A stretch of DNA of 24,000 nucleotides from an uncultured Cohaesibacter sp. GTDB lineage: Bacteria; Pseudomonadota; Alphaproteobacteria; Rhizobiales; Cohaesibacteraceae. The translations under genes were made by a program, and so were the position numbers. Below are positions 1-8,295 of the stretch, piece by piece (positions within the stretch are counted from its first letter, which is position 1; each line of letters begins with the position of its first letter). Under the pieces are notes generated by a model. The model had not been told where the DNA came from. It made no database searches and worked only from the letters and a program-made list of their open reading frames with translations. Location: the NCBI RefSeq assembly GCF_963678225.2, contig NZ_CAXXID010000002.1, positions 3,579,142 through 3,603,141 of the forward strand, given 5' to 3'.

Positions 1-420
1 GCTGACAAGATCCAAAACACGTTCAGTGCTTTCTGTATCGAAAATGACGCTTAAACGGGGATGCGCTGCAAGAACCTCAGGCAAAACGACAGAAGCACAC
101 AACTTGTTTAGCGAGCTCACTGTACCAAGACGAATGAACCCTTCGGATTCCGCATTTATATCCTGCGCAACACGAGAAATGTGATCGAGCCCTACAAAAA
201 CCCGCTCAACTTCGTGAAAAAGCTTAGACGCCTGTGTTCGGGGAACCAGTCTACCACGCACCCGATTGAAAAGCAGAAAGCCGATTTCCGCCTCAAGATC
301 CCGGATCAATCGGCTCACTGCTGGTTGGGTAATATTGAGGTTGGCGGCAGCGGCGCTGATTGATCCTGCGATCATAACGGCGCGAAATGCCTCTATCTGG
401 CGCTGTTGAATGTGATGCAT
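1..420 (-). CDS. LysR-family transcriptional regulator, N-terminal 140 codons (3' end runs off the left window edge)
   Basis: Absent from the ORF track because it is open at the window edge. The reverse complement of 420..1 reads MHHIQQRQIEAFRAVMIAGSISAAAANLNITQPAVSRLIRDLEAEIGFLLFNRVRGRLVPRTQASKLFHEVERVF... with no stop. It carries the classic LysR winged-HTH (TQPAVSRxIxxLE). It is divergent from the ABC cluster that starts at 556. Confidence 0.85.
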   Translation of the reverse strand, partial: MHHIQQRQIEAFRAVMIAGSISAAAANLNITQPAVSRLIRDLEAEIGFLLFNRVRGRLVPRTQASKLFHEVERVFVGLDHISRVAQDINAESEGFIRLGTVSSLNKLCASVVLPEVLAAHPRLSVIFDTESTERVLDLVS

Positions 421-506
421 AAATGGCAGCATATAACATTTCGGCATAGAGCGGCAAGAAAATTTGAATTGTGTTCTAGTGTTTTGCGGCGTTAGGCTGA
501 TCTTAC

Positions 507-530
507 CCGGACACCGTGGAGGTGCTCCGG
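507..530 (+). promoter_or_regulatory. Leader hairpin just upstream of the SBP ribosome-binding site
   Basis: ccggacacc gtgga ggtg(c)tccgg: 9 bp with one bulged C. It ends 12 nt before the gggagg RBS. Confidence 0.4.
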
Positions 531-555
531 AACATAATTTTCGGGAGGAAAATAC

Positions 556-2121
556 ATGGTATCTAAACCATGCGTCGCGATGACACTCGCTGCAGGCTTG
601 CTGGCAACCTGTTTCTCTGCCCCTGCAGCTCTTGCTGCTGATCTGAAGATCGGGATCGCCGGTTCACCAACATCAATGGACCCCCAGTTCTATGTTATTG
701 GCACCAACAGTGCCATGGCACGCAATATCTTTGATGGACTGGTCAATCAGGATGATCGTCAGCAACTCAAACCCGCCCTTGCAACCGAATGGACTGCCGT
801 TGACGACACGACCTGGCAGTTCCATTTGCGCGAAGGCGTAAAATTTCATGATGGATCAGACTTCGATGCTGATGATGTTGTGGCCTCTATTGCTCGCGTA
901 AAGCTGGCCTCGGAAAATAGCCCAAGCTCTTTCATGCCTTACGTGAAAGGCATCACTGCGGTTACGGCGATTGACCCGATGACGGTCGAATTCAAGACCG
1001 AAACAGCCATGCCGCTTCTGCCCAACAACCTGTCGCGCATTGCTATTTTGCCATCAGAAGAGGGGGAGACCCCAAGCTCTGAACTCAACACCGGTAAGGG
1101 CGTGATCGGTACTGGACCATTCAAATTCGTTAGCTGGATTCCGGATAGCACCATCGAGCTGGCACGCAATGATGACTATTGGGGCGACGTTTCGGAGTGG
1201 GATAATGTGACCTATAAGGTCTTTTCCAACCCGTCCGCTCGCGTTGCTTCTCTTCTCTCAGGCGATGTTGACATGATCGAGCAGGTGCCGCCTGCTGATA
1301 TCGGAACGCTGGAGAATAAAGACGGCGTTGGCATCGTAAGCAACAGCTCCAACCGCGTCATGTATCTGCATATGGATCAGGACCGCGATGATTCCCCATT
1401 CGCCAAGGGCCCAGATGGGCATAACCCGCTCAAGGATGTTCGCGTCCGCCATGGACTCTCTTTGGCCATCAATCGTCAGGCGATTATCGATCGCATCATG
1501 GACAAACAGGGTGTGCCCGCCGGTCAGCTGGTACCTGAAGGCTATACAGGTTATGTCGATAGTCTGAAGCCGGATCCGTATGACCCCAAGAAAGCCAAGG
1601 AGTTGTTTGCAGAAGCAGGCTATCCTAATGGCTTTGATCTGACCTTCCATGCCTCCAATGACCGCTATCCCAATGATAGCCTCGTTGCTCAGGCCATCGG
1701 ACAGATGTTCACCCGTGTTGGCATCAATACAGACATCGTGACCCTGCCGAAAAGCGTTTATTTCTCACGCGCTTCAGCGCTGGAATTCAGCTTTATCATG
1801 GGTGGCGCTGCCGTGGAAACCGGTGAAGCATCCGGCGTTCTGGGGCCTCTGCTTGAGACCTACGGTGACAATTCCGGACGAGGAAACCGCGGTCGCTATA
1901 GCTCCAAGGCTTTCGATGAAGCCCTGCAGCGTGGCCGTAGCCTCCTGGATGCAGATGCGCGAGACGAAGCGCTGCAGGAAGCCATGAAAATCGCTATGGA
2001 TGATATGGGTGTAATCCCTGTCTTCTTCCTGGCGCATACATGGGGGCTGGAAAACAGTCTGACCTACAAAGGCAGAACAGACGGCTATACGCTCGCAGCC
2101 AACGTCCATTCGGCCAAGTAA
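556..2121 (+). CDS. ABC transporter periplasmic substrate-binding protein, family 5 (DppA/OppA/NikA/opine-type)
   Basis: 521 aa. Signal peptide MVSKPCVAMTLAAGLLATCFSAPAALA. Family-5 SBP signature region LATEWTAVDDTTWQFHLREGVKFHDGSDFDADDVVASI. RBS gggagg lies 7 nt upstream of the ATG. Confidence 0.9.
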   Translation: MVSKPCVAMTLAAGLLATCFSAPAALAADLKIGIAGSPTSMDPQFYVIGTNSAMARNIFDGLVNQDDRQQLKPALATEWTAVDDTTWQFHLREGVKFHDGSDFDADDVVASIARVKLASENSPSSFMPYVKGITAVTAIDPMTVEFKTETAMPLLPNNLSRIAILPSEEGETPSSELNTGKGVIGTGPFKFVSWIPDSTIELARNDDYWGDVSEWDNVTYKVFSNPSARVASLLSGDVDMIEQVPPADIGTLENKDGVGIVSNSSNRVMYLHMDQDRDDSPFAKGPDGHNPLKDVRVRHGLSLAINRQAIIDRIMDKQGVPAGQLVPEGYTGYVDSLKPDPYDPKKAKELFAEAGYPNGFDLTFHASNDRYPNDSLVAQAIGQMFTRVGINTDIVTLPKSVYFSRASALEFSFIMGGAAVETGEASGVLGPLLETYGDNSGRGNRGRYSSKAFDEALQRGRSLLDADARDEALQEAMKIAMDDMGVIPVFFLAHTWGLENSLTYKGRTDGYTLAANVHSAK

Positions 2122-2153
2122 TAATACCCCGCAGTAAGACCCCAAGAGCCAAG

Positions 2154-2186
2154 GGCGAAGCGGTGACATTCAGTCATCGCTTCGCC
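2154..2186 (+). promoter_or_regulatory. Strong intercistronic hairpin immediately after the ABC binding-protein gene
   Basis: 14 contiguous pairs (ggcgaagcggtgac / gtcatcgcttcgcc, one G-U) with a 5-nt loop. No U-tract follows. Located 33 nt after the SBP stop and 20 nt before the next start. Confidence 0.6.
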
Positions 2187-2205
2187 TTAACAGAGAGACT
2201 ATGCC

Positions 2206-3183
2206 ATGTCTGCGAAGGCATCCCCGACCAAGAAGAAATCCATCATCATCGATTGCGACCCCGGCGTTGATGATACGTTGGCCATCCTTTTCGCGCTGGG
2301 CTCTCCCGAGCTGGATGTAAAAGCGATTACCACCGTTTGCGGCAACGTGCCGCTTGAAGTCTGCACCAAAAATGCACTGAAGATACTGGAGCTTGCCGGT
2401 AGAACCGATATCCCAGTTCATGCGGGTTGCGATGGTCCGATGATCGGCGAGCCGATCTTTGGCAAATTTCACGGAGCAGGCGGGCTGGGCAAGCTGGTTT
2501 TACCTGATCCGGTGACGCAGCCTTCTCCCAAGCATGCGGTGGGTAAAATGGCAGAATTGTTGCGCGCAGCAAAAACCAACAATGAAAAACTGACCATCTG
2601 CACACTGGGGCCGATGACCAATCTGGCTCTGCTGATCAAGCTGCATCCTGAACTGCTTTCTTCAATCGAATGTGTTGTCTCTATGGGCGGCGCTTACCGG
2701 ATTGCAGGCAACCGCACCCTGACATCGGAATTCAACATGCTGGCAGATCCCCACGCTGCCCGCATAGTCTATTCCGCAGGCCTTGAGTATGTCGCCCTTC
2801 CGCTTGATGCCACGCACCAGGCGATGACATCGCCCGAGCGGATCTCATGGTTTAAGGGCGGGGAGGCAGGTTCACCGCTCGCAGCGACTTATGAGCTCTT
2901 GAGCGGCTGGTCGCGCAACGATCCGCGTCGCTATGGCTCGGATGGCGGCCCCATGCATGATCCTCTGGTAACCATCTATCTGGTTGCGCCACATCTGTTC
3001 CAGACCGAACTCGCAAAGGTCTTCGTCGAATGCGACAGCCAACTCTGCTATGGTCAGACAGTGGCAGACTGGTACGGCCAAACCGGAGAAAAAGCGGATG
3101 CGCAAATCGTGCAGAAGGTAAATGCAGACGGTGTCTTCTCCATTCTGAGCGAGCGGATCAGATCGCTCTCCCAAGCAGGGTGA
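2206..3183 (+). CDS. Inosine/uridine-preferring nucleoside hydrolase family protein (canonical motifs)
   Basis: 325 aa. N-terminal IIIDCDPGVDD (DxDxxxDD), FHGAGGLG, GPMTNLA, EFNMLADPHAA and GGPMHDPL all match IUNH-family hallmarks. Confidence 0.85.
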   Translation: MSAKASPTKKKSIIIDCDPGVDDTLAILFALGSPELDVKAITTVCGNVPLEVCTKNALKILELAGRTDIPVHAGCDGPMIGEPIFGKFHGAGGLGKLVLPDPVTQPSPKHAVGKMAELLRAAKTNNEKLTICTLGPMTNLALLIKLHPELLSSIECVVSMGGAYRIAGNRTLTSEFNMLADPHAARIVYSAGLEYVALPLDATHQAMTSPERISWFKGGEAGSPLAATYELLSGWSRNDPRRYGSDGGPMHDPLVTIYLVAPHLFQTELAKVFVECDSQLCYGQTVADWYGQTGEKADAQIVQKVNADGVFSILSERIRSLSQAG

Positions 3184-3184
3184 A

Positions 3185-4234
3185 GTGATGAGCAAACGGA
3201 TATTCCTTTCTTCGGACCCCGGTATCGATGACATGGCAGCTATCCTGTTTGCCCTTGCAGACAGAGACATAGACCTCATCGGCATAGGCGCCGTGGCTGG
3301 CAATGTTGCCATGGAAACGGCACTGGAGAATGCACGCTTCACATGCGCGCTGGCCGCATCCTCTCGCGAGGTGCCGTGCTACGACGGCTCTGGCGGCCCA
3401 ATATTGCGCGACCAGATTTTTGGTGCACACAAGGCGCTCGGCTCTTTTCGCGATCATCTCAAAGATCTGTCCGCCCATTTGCCATCGCTTGACCCCGCCA
3501 ATATTGTGCCCGAGCAAACTGCGGCTGAGGTCATGGCCGAGGCCATTCGCGATGCTGCTCAGAGGCAAGAGCCTGTAAACCTTGTCGTAACCGGGCCGAT
3601 GACGGATGTTGCTCTAGCCATAAAGCTAGCAGGCAAGTCAAACTGTCAGACAGGGATCAAAACCATCGTTGCCATGGGTGGTGCGTTCAAAACCCTTGGC
3701 AATCGTGCTCCTTATGCTGAAATGAACATGTTGAGTGATCCTCATGCAGCCCGCATTGTCTGCGAAAGCAATATCAGGCTTATACTCTTTCCTCTGGATG
3801 TTACGTGGCAGTGCCGATTGACACATCAGGATCTTGAGCAGATGGAAAGGGAAGCGGGGTTGATCGGTAAGGTATTCTCAAAACTCTTCCAAGTCAGTGA
3901 TCGCGAAAATCCTTCGCTATATGGCGGACCGGGCGGACCGGTGCATGATCTTCTGCCCGTTGTCTGGCTTGTGGCAGATGCTTTATTCGAAGGCCGCAAC
4001 GCTCTCGTTTCGGTCGCTACCGGTCCTGAGCTGGCAGGCCATACCAGTCGATTACAACAAAAATTACATGATGAAGAGGGGTCCCCATTGCCTCATTTCA
4101 TCGTTGAGGGCGTGAACCGCGACGCTGTACTGGCGCTGTTTCTCGACCGTTTGAAATCGCTCGCAAATGGGCTGAACGGGGCCGAAACCAGCGCCCCTTG
4201 CAATAAAACAAACAGGGAGGAAGACCTGCAATGA
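3185..4234 (+). CDS. Divergent nucleoside hydrolase (IUNH) paralog with a degenerate N-terminal Asp motif
   Basis: 349 aa. Start is GTG 3185 or ATG 3188, one or four nt after the upstream stop. It retains GPMTDVA, EMNMLSDPHAA and GGPVHDLLP. However it reads SSDPGIDD instead of DxDxxxDD and FGAHKALGS instead of FHGxxGxG. Its stop overlaps the permease start (ATGA at 4231-4234). Confidence 0.75.
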   Translation: MMSKRIFLSSDPGIDDMAAILFALADRDIDLIGIGAVAGNVAMETALENARFTCALAASSREVPCYDGSGGPILRDQIFGAHKALGSFRDHLKDLSAHLPSLDPANIVPEQTAAEVMAEAIRDAAQRQEPVNLVVTGPMTDVALAIKLAGKSNCQTGIKTIVAMGGAFKTLGNRAPYAEMNMLSDPHAARIVCESNIRLILFPLDVTWQCRLTHQDLEQMEREAGLIGKVFSKLFQVSDRENPSLYGGPGGPVHDLLPVVWLVADALFEGRNALVSVATGPELAGHTSRLQQKLHDEEGSPLPHFIVEGVNRDAVLALFLDRLKSLANGLNGAETSAPCNKTNREEDLQ

Positions 4235-5208
4235 CAGCTTATCTTCTTCGCCGTGGCGGACAGACCCTTCTCACCTTACTGGTGATGTCAATCCTCGTCT
4301 TCGTTGGCGTGTATCTGGTTGGCAACCCGGTGGATGTCATGATCTCCGCAACGGCAACGCCCCAAGAACGCGCCGAACTGATCGTGCGCATGGGACTTGA
4401 CCAGCCGGTCTGGGTGCAATATTGGCACTTCCTCAAAGGAGCGCTATCGGGTGATTTGGGAAATTCCTTTCTCTATAACCGCCCCGCGCTGGGCCTCATT
4501 TTCGAGCGCATGCCCGCCACTCTGGAACTGGCCTTCAGCGCCCTGTTTCTCGGGTTGGTCTTTGGCATCCCGCTTGGCGTGATTGCCGGCCTACGTCCAT
4601 CGAAGCCGGAATCGCGCGGCATTATGGCTTTTTCTATCCTTGGTTTCTCGCTGCCCACTTTCTGGGTCGGGCTGATGATGATCCTGCTCTTTGCTGTCAA
4701 ACTTGATATCCTGCCAGCCTCAGGCCGTGGAGAGACAATCAATGTCCTGGGTGTGCCATTGAGTATCTTCACCACCGACGGCCTATCCCATATCTTCCTG
4801 CCTGCGCTCAATCTGGCCCTGTTCAAGATATCGCTTGTCATCCGCCTGACCCGAGCAGGCGTATCCGAAGCCTTGCAGTCTGAATATGTGCGCTTCGCGC
4901 GGGCCAAGGGGGTGAGCGAGTGGCGGATCGTCTTCTTGCATGTTTTGAAGAACACGCTCATTCCACTCATCACCGTCGTCGGTCTGGAACTTGGCGCTTT
5001 GATTGCCTTTGCCGTGGTTACCGAAACCATCTTTTCATGGCCCGGAATGGGCAAACTGATCATCGATGCCATCACGACGCTCGATCGCCCGGTTATTCTC
5101 GCTTACCTGATGATTACGGTGCTCATGTTTACAGTGATCAACCTGATCGTGGACCTGACCTATACGCTGGTTGACCCACGCGTTAAAATCGATGGGGGAT
5201 CAGAATGA
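4231..5208 (+). CDS. ABC transporter permease (DppB/OppB-like)
   Basis: 325 aa and multi-TM. EAA-loop region YVRFARAKGVSEWRIVFLHVLKNTLIPLITVVG is typical of DppB/OppB. ATGA overlaps at both ends. Confidence 0.9.
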   Translation: MTAYLLRRGGQTLLTLLVMSILVFVGVYLVGNPVDVMISATATPQERAELIVRMGLDQPVWVQYWHFLKGALSGDLGNSFLYNRPALGLIFERMPATLELAFSALFLGLVFGIPLGVIAGLRPSKPESRGIMAFSILGFSLPTFWVGLMMILLFAVKLDILPASGRGETINVLGVPLSIFTTDGLSHIFLPALNLALFKISLVIRLTRAGVSEALQSEYVRFARAKGVSEWRIVFLHVLKNTLIPLITVVGLELGALIAFAVVTETIFSWPGMGKLIIDAITTLDRPVILAYLMITVLMFTVINLIVDLTYTLVDPRVKIDGGSE

Positions 5209-6170
5209 CCGATATGACCAGCAACATGAACGCATCGGGCCCGTCTGAAGACCTTGCCGCCCAGATTGCCGCGGCCAACAGCTTCCCGCCCGAGCCACCT
5301 GCGCGGCCCATTCGCAGCGCCATCAAGCGCGTATTGACAGACCCCTTGGGTCTTGTGGGTACAGTGATTGTTGTGGTGATGCTTCTGGCCGCTCTCTGCG
5401 CCCATTGGATTGCACCGCAAAACCCTTATGATCTGGCAGTGCTGGATATCCTGGATAACCGCCTGCCGCCCGGCTCGGAGAGCTTTTCGGGCATGACCTA
5501 TTGGCTGGGGACGGACGATCAGGGGCGCGACCTTTATAGTGCCATTCTCTATGGTCTAAGGACCAGTATCTTCGTTGGCATTGCCTCTGCAGGTATCGCG
5601 CTGGTGATTGGCTCTGTGATGGGGCTCATTAGCGCCTATTTTGGCGGTCGCACCGACACCCTGGTTATGCGTCTGGTCGACATCCAGCTCAGCTTTCCTC
5701 CCATTTTGGTGGCGCTTATTCTGCTGGCCATTCTGGGACAGGGCGTTGACAAGATCATCGTCGCCTTGGTTGTGACCCAATGGGCCTATTATGCTCGAAC
5801 CGTGCGCGGCGCGGCGCTTGTGGAGCGCGGGCGAACCTATGTGGACGCGGCCCGCTGTCTGGCCCTGCCTTCGCGCATGGTGACGATGAATCACATTTTG
5901 CCAAACTGTCTGCCGCCGTTGATCGTTGTTGCTACCATGCGTGTGGCCTATGCGGTCAGTCTGGAAGCCACTCTGTCCTTCCTAGGCATTGGTTTGCCGG
6001 TGACTGAGCCGTCGCTTGGTCTGCTCATTTCGAACGGCAACAAATATATGCTCTCTGGTGACTGGTGGATTTCAGTCTTCCCCGGCGTGGCCCTGTTGTT
6101 GCTGATCGTCGGCATCAACCTTGTTGGCGACCGCCTGCGCGATGTGCTCAATCCCAAGTTCAAGGACTAG
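5205..6170 (+). CDS. ABC transporter permease (DppC/OppC-like)
   Basis: 321 aa. Contains the YVDAARCLALPSRMVTMNHILPNCLPPLIVVAT EAA-loop region and a DppC-type N-terminal TM plus periplasmic loop. Confidence 0.9.
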   Translation: MTDMTSNMNASGPSEDLAAQIAAANSFPPEPPARPIRSAIKRVLTDPLGLVGTVIVVVMLLAALCAHWIAPQNPYDLAVLDILDNRLPPGSESFSGMTYWLGTDDQGRDLYSAILYGLRTSIFVGIASAGIALVIGSVMGLISAYFGGRTDTLVMRLVDIQLSFPPILVALILLAILGQGVDKIIVALVVTQWAYYARTVRGAALVERGRTYVDAARCLALPSRMVTMNHILPNCLPPLIVVATMRVAYAVSLEATLSFLGIGLPVTEPSLGLLISNGNKYMLSGDWWISVFPGVALLLLIVGINLVGDRLRDVLNPKFKD

Positions 6171-6173
6171 ATC

Positions 6174-7181
6174 ATGACCACAAATATGACCAGCCGATCT
6201 GACTATGCTCTTGAATTGCGCGGCCTTGAAACCGTTTTTGACGGCGACAAGGGAGCTGTTGCCGCCGTGCGCAACGTCAATCTGGCCATCAAGCCGGGTG
6301 AAATTGTAGGGTTGGTGGGCGAATCCGGGTCCGGCAAGTCGGTGACAGGCCTCTCTATCATGGGCCTCATTGACCGGCCGGGTCGGGTATCAAAAGGCGA
6401 AATCCTGCTCAATGGTGAGGATCTGCGCAAAGTGTCCGCCAAGCGTCTGCGCTCTCTCAGGGGTGATCGCATGGCGATGATCTTTCAGGACCCCATGATG
6501 ACCCTCAATCCGGTGCTCCGGATCGATACGCAGATGATTGAGGCCATCACCGCCCATGATCCCCGCATTGACAAGACGGTCGCCCGCAACCGTTGTCGCG
6601 ATGCGCTCGGTATGGTGGGGATTCCCGACCCCGAAGAGCGGCTCTATGCCTATCCGCATCAATTCTCCGGCGGTATGCGTCAGCGTGTCGCCATCGCGAT
6701 TGCCATGCTCAACAATCCCGATCTGATCATCGCTGATGAGCCGACAACGGCGCTTGATGTGACCATTCAGGCGCAGATCATTGCCGAGATGCAAAAACTC
6801 TGCAAAGAGCGCGGCACGGCCCTCATCTGGATCACCCACGATCTCACCGTGGTGGCCGAACTGACCCAACGTGTCTATGTGATGTATGCGGGATCAGTTG
6901 TGGAAGAGGGCCCACTGGATGATGTTTTGGATCATCCGCTTCATCCCTACACGCAAGGACTTATCCGGTCCATTCCATCGGACAATGACCCCGGTGCGCG
7001 TTTGTTCCAGATACCGGGCATGACGCCCCCCATTGACCGGATGCCCAAGGGGTGCCGGTTCCATCCGCGGTGCCCTTATGTTCAGCTTGATTGCCTGAAC
7101 GACATAGAGCTGACCCAGACCAGCGCGGCGCGCTCGGTGCGGTGTGCGCATCCGATCAATCAGGGAGAACAGGTCTCATGA
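6174..7181 (+). CDS. ABC transporter ATP-binding protein (DppD/OppD-like)
   Basis: 335 aa. Walker A GESGSGKS, signature FSGGMRQR, Walker B LIIADEPTTALD. C-terminal oligopeptide-type domain with HPYTQGL and a 4-Cys motif. Confidence 0.9.
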   Translation: MTTNMTSRSDYALELRGLETVFDGDKGAVAAVRNVNLAIKPGEIVGLVGESGSGKSVTGLSIMGLIDRPGRVSKGEILLNGEDLRKVSAKRLRSLRGDRMAMIFQDPMMTLNPVLRIDTQMIEAITAHDPRIDKTVARNRCRDALGMVGIPDPEERLYAYPHQFSGGMRQRVAIAIAMLNNPDLIIADEPTTALDVTIQAQIIAEMQKLCKERGTALIWITHDLTVVAELTQRVYVMYAGSVVEEGPLDDVLDHPLHPYTQGLIRSIPSDNDPGARLFQIPGMTPPIDRMPKGCRFHPRCPYVQLDCLNDIELTQTSAARSVRCAHPINQGEQVS

Positions 7182-8227
7182 TCTCCAATAACGAAAAACA
7201 AGAAGCGCAGGTAAAGGCTTCCCCGGATCAGCAGGCGCCTTTGCTGGAAATCGATCATGTCACGCGCCGCTTTGAGCGTAAGCCCGACTTTGCCGCCAAA
7301 TTGGCCGCCCGGTTGGGGGCGCCCATCAACCGCCGCACGGTGCATGCCGTAGACGATGCCTCCTTTGCCATTCATCAACGTGAAGTGGTCGGGCTGGTCG
7401 GAGAATCCGGCTGTGGCAAGTCGACCCTCGGGCGTATCGTCGCGGGCATTGATGACCCGACAGAGGGCCGCATTCTCTATCGGGGGCAGGATGTTGCCCA
7501 TGCTTCAGGGGAAGCGACCAGAAAATTCCATCTCAAGATCCAGATGATCTTTCAGGATCCGCTCGATTCTCTTAATCCGCGCTACCGCATCGGCAAGTCC
7601 GTTTCCGAGGCTGCCCGCTATCACAAGGTCGTGCCAGAAGAGAAGATGACCGAGCATATCGAGAAGGTGCTCCTGCAATGCGGTGTTGATCCCACCACCC
7701 AGAACCGCTTTCCGCACCAGTTCTCCGGAGGTCAGCGACAGCGGATCGGGATTGCGCGTGCACTGGCATTGCGTCCGGATATGGTGGTTTGTGATGAAGC
7801 CGTGGCATCTCTAGACGTCTCAATTCAGGCCCAGATCATTAACCTGTTCATGGATCTGCGTGATGAATATGATCTGGCCTATTTGTTTGTCAGCCACGAT
7901 ATCGGTGTTGTGCGTCATATCTCCGACAGGGTTGTGGTGATGTATCTGGGCCGGATCGTGGAGCAGGGGACAACGGCGGAATTGTTCGCCAAGCCAAACC
8001 ATCCCTACACTCAGGCACTCTTAAGTGAAGTCCCCAGCCTGAAACGGCGGCATTCCTCTTTCCATACCATCAAGGGAGAGATACCTTCGCCTTTGAAACC
8101 ACCCTCGGGCTGTCACTTCCATCCGCGGTGCCCTCATGCCATGGAACGCTGCAAACTGGAACGGCCAATGCTCAAGGCGGTTGCTTCAGGGCATATGTCT
8201 GCCTGCCACCTCAATGATGAAGGATAG
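7178..8227 (+). CDS. ABC transporter ATP-binding protein (DppF/OppF-like)
   Basis: I place the start at ATG 7178 (MISNNEKQ...). This forms an ATGA overlap with the upstream stop, unlike the track's longer 7091 start. Walker A GESGCGKS, signature FSGGQRQR, Walker B MVVCDEAVASLD, HPYTQAL, C-terminal 4-Cys motif. Confidence 0.88.
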   Translation: MISNNEKQEAQVKASPDQQAPLLEIDHVTRRFERKPDFAAKLAARLGAPINRRTVHAVDDASFAIHQREVVGLVGESGCGKSTLGRIVAGIDDPTEGRILYRGQDVAHASGEATRKFHLKIQMIFQDPLDSLNPRYRIGKSVSEAARYHKVVPEEKMTEHIEKVLLQCGVDPTTQNRFPHQFSGGQRQRIGIARALALRPDMVVCDEAVASLDVSIQAQIINLFMDLRDEYDLAYLFVSHDIGVVRHISDRVVVMYLGRIVEQGTTAELFAKPNHPYTQALLSEVPSLKRRHSSFHTIKGEIPSPLKPPSGCHFHPRCPHAMERCKLERPMLKAVASGHMSACHLNDEG

Positions 8228-8295
8228 GGCGGGCTCCCATCGCCAATGGGACAATGTGCCCCCAGCTTAGTGCCGTGACGAAAAGGACAAGCAAA

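Noticed and set aside
181-363. 60-aa plus-strand ORF
   Set aside because: It lies antisense inside the edge-truncated LysR gene, whose HTH motif is unambiguous.
4473-5075. 200-aa minus-strand ORF, Arg/Ser/Pro-rich
   Set aside because: It is antisense to the DppB-like permease. Its composition is typical of a wrong-frame translation.
7091-7177. Longer N-terminal extension of the second ATPase (track start 7091)
   Set aside because: The extension lies wholly inside the upstream ATPase gene in another frame. ATG 7178 gives the ATGA coupling seen elsewhere in the operon and a normal-length N-terminus.
8254-8295. 14-aa extension of the ribokinase ORF (track start 8254)
   Set aside because: Ribokinases start directly with the (V/I)xVxGSxNxD strand. 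ATG 8296 is preceded by aaagga.
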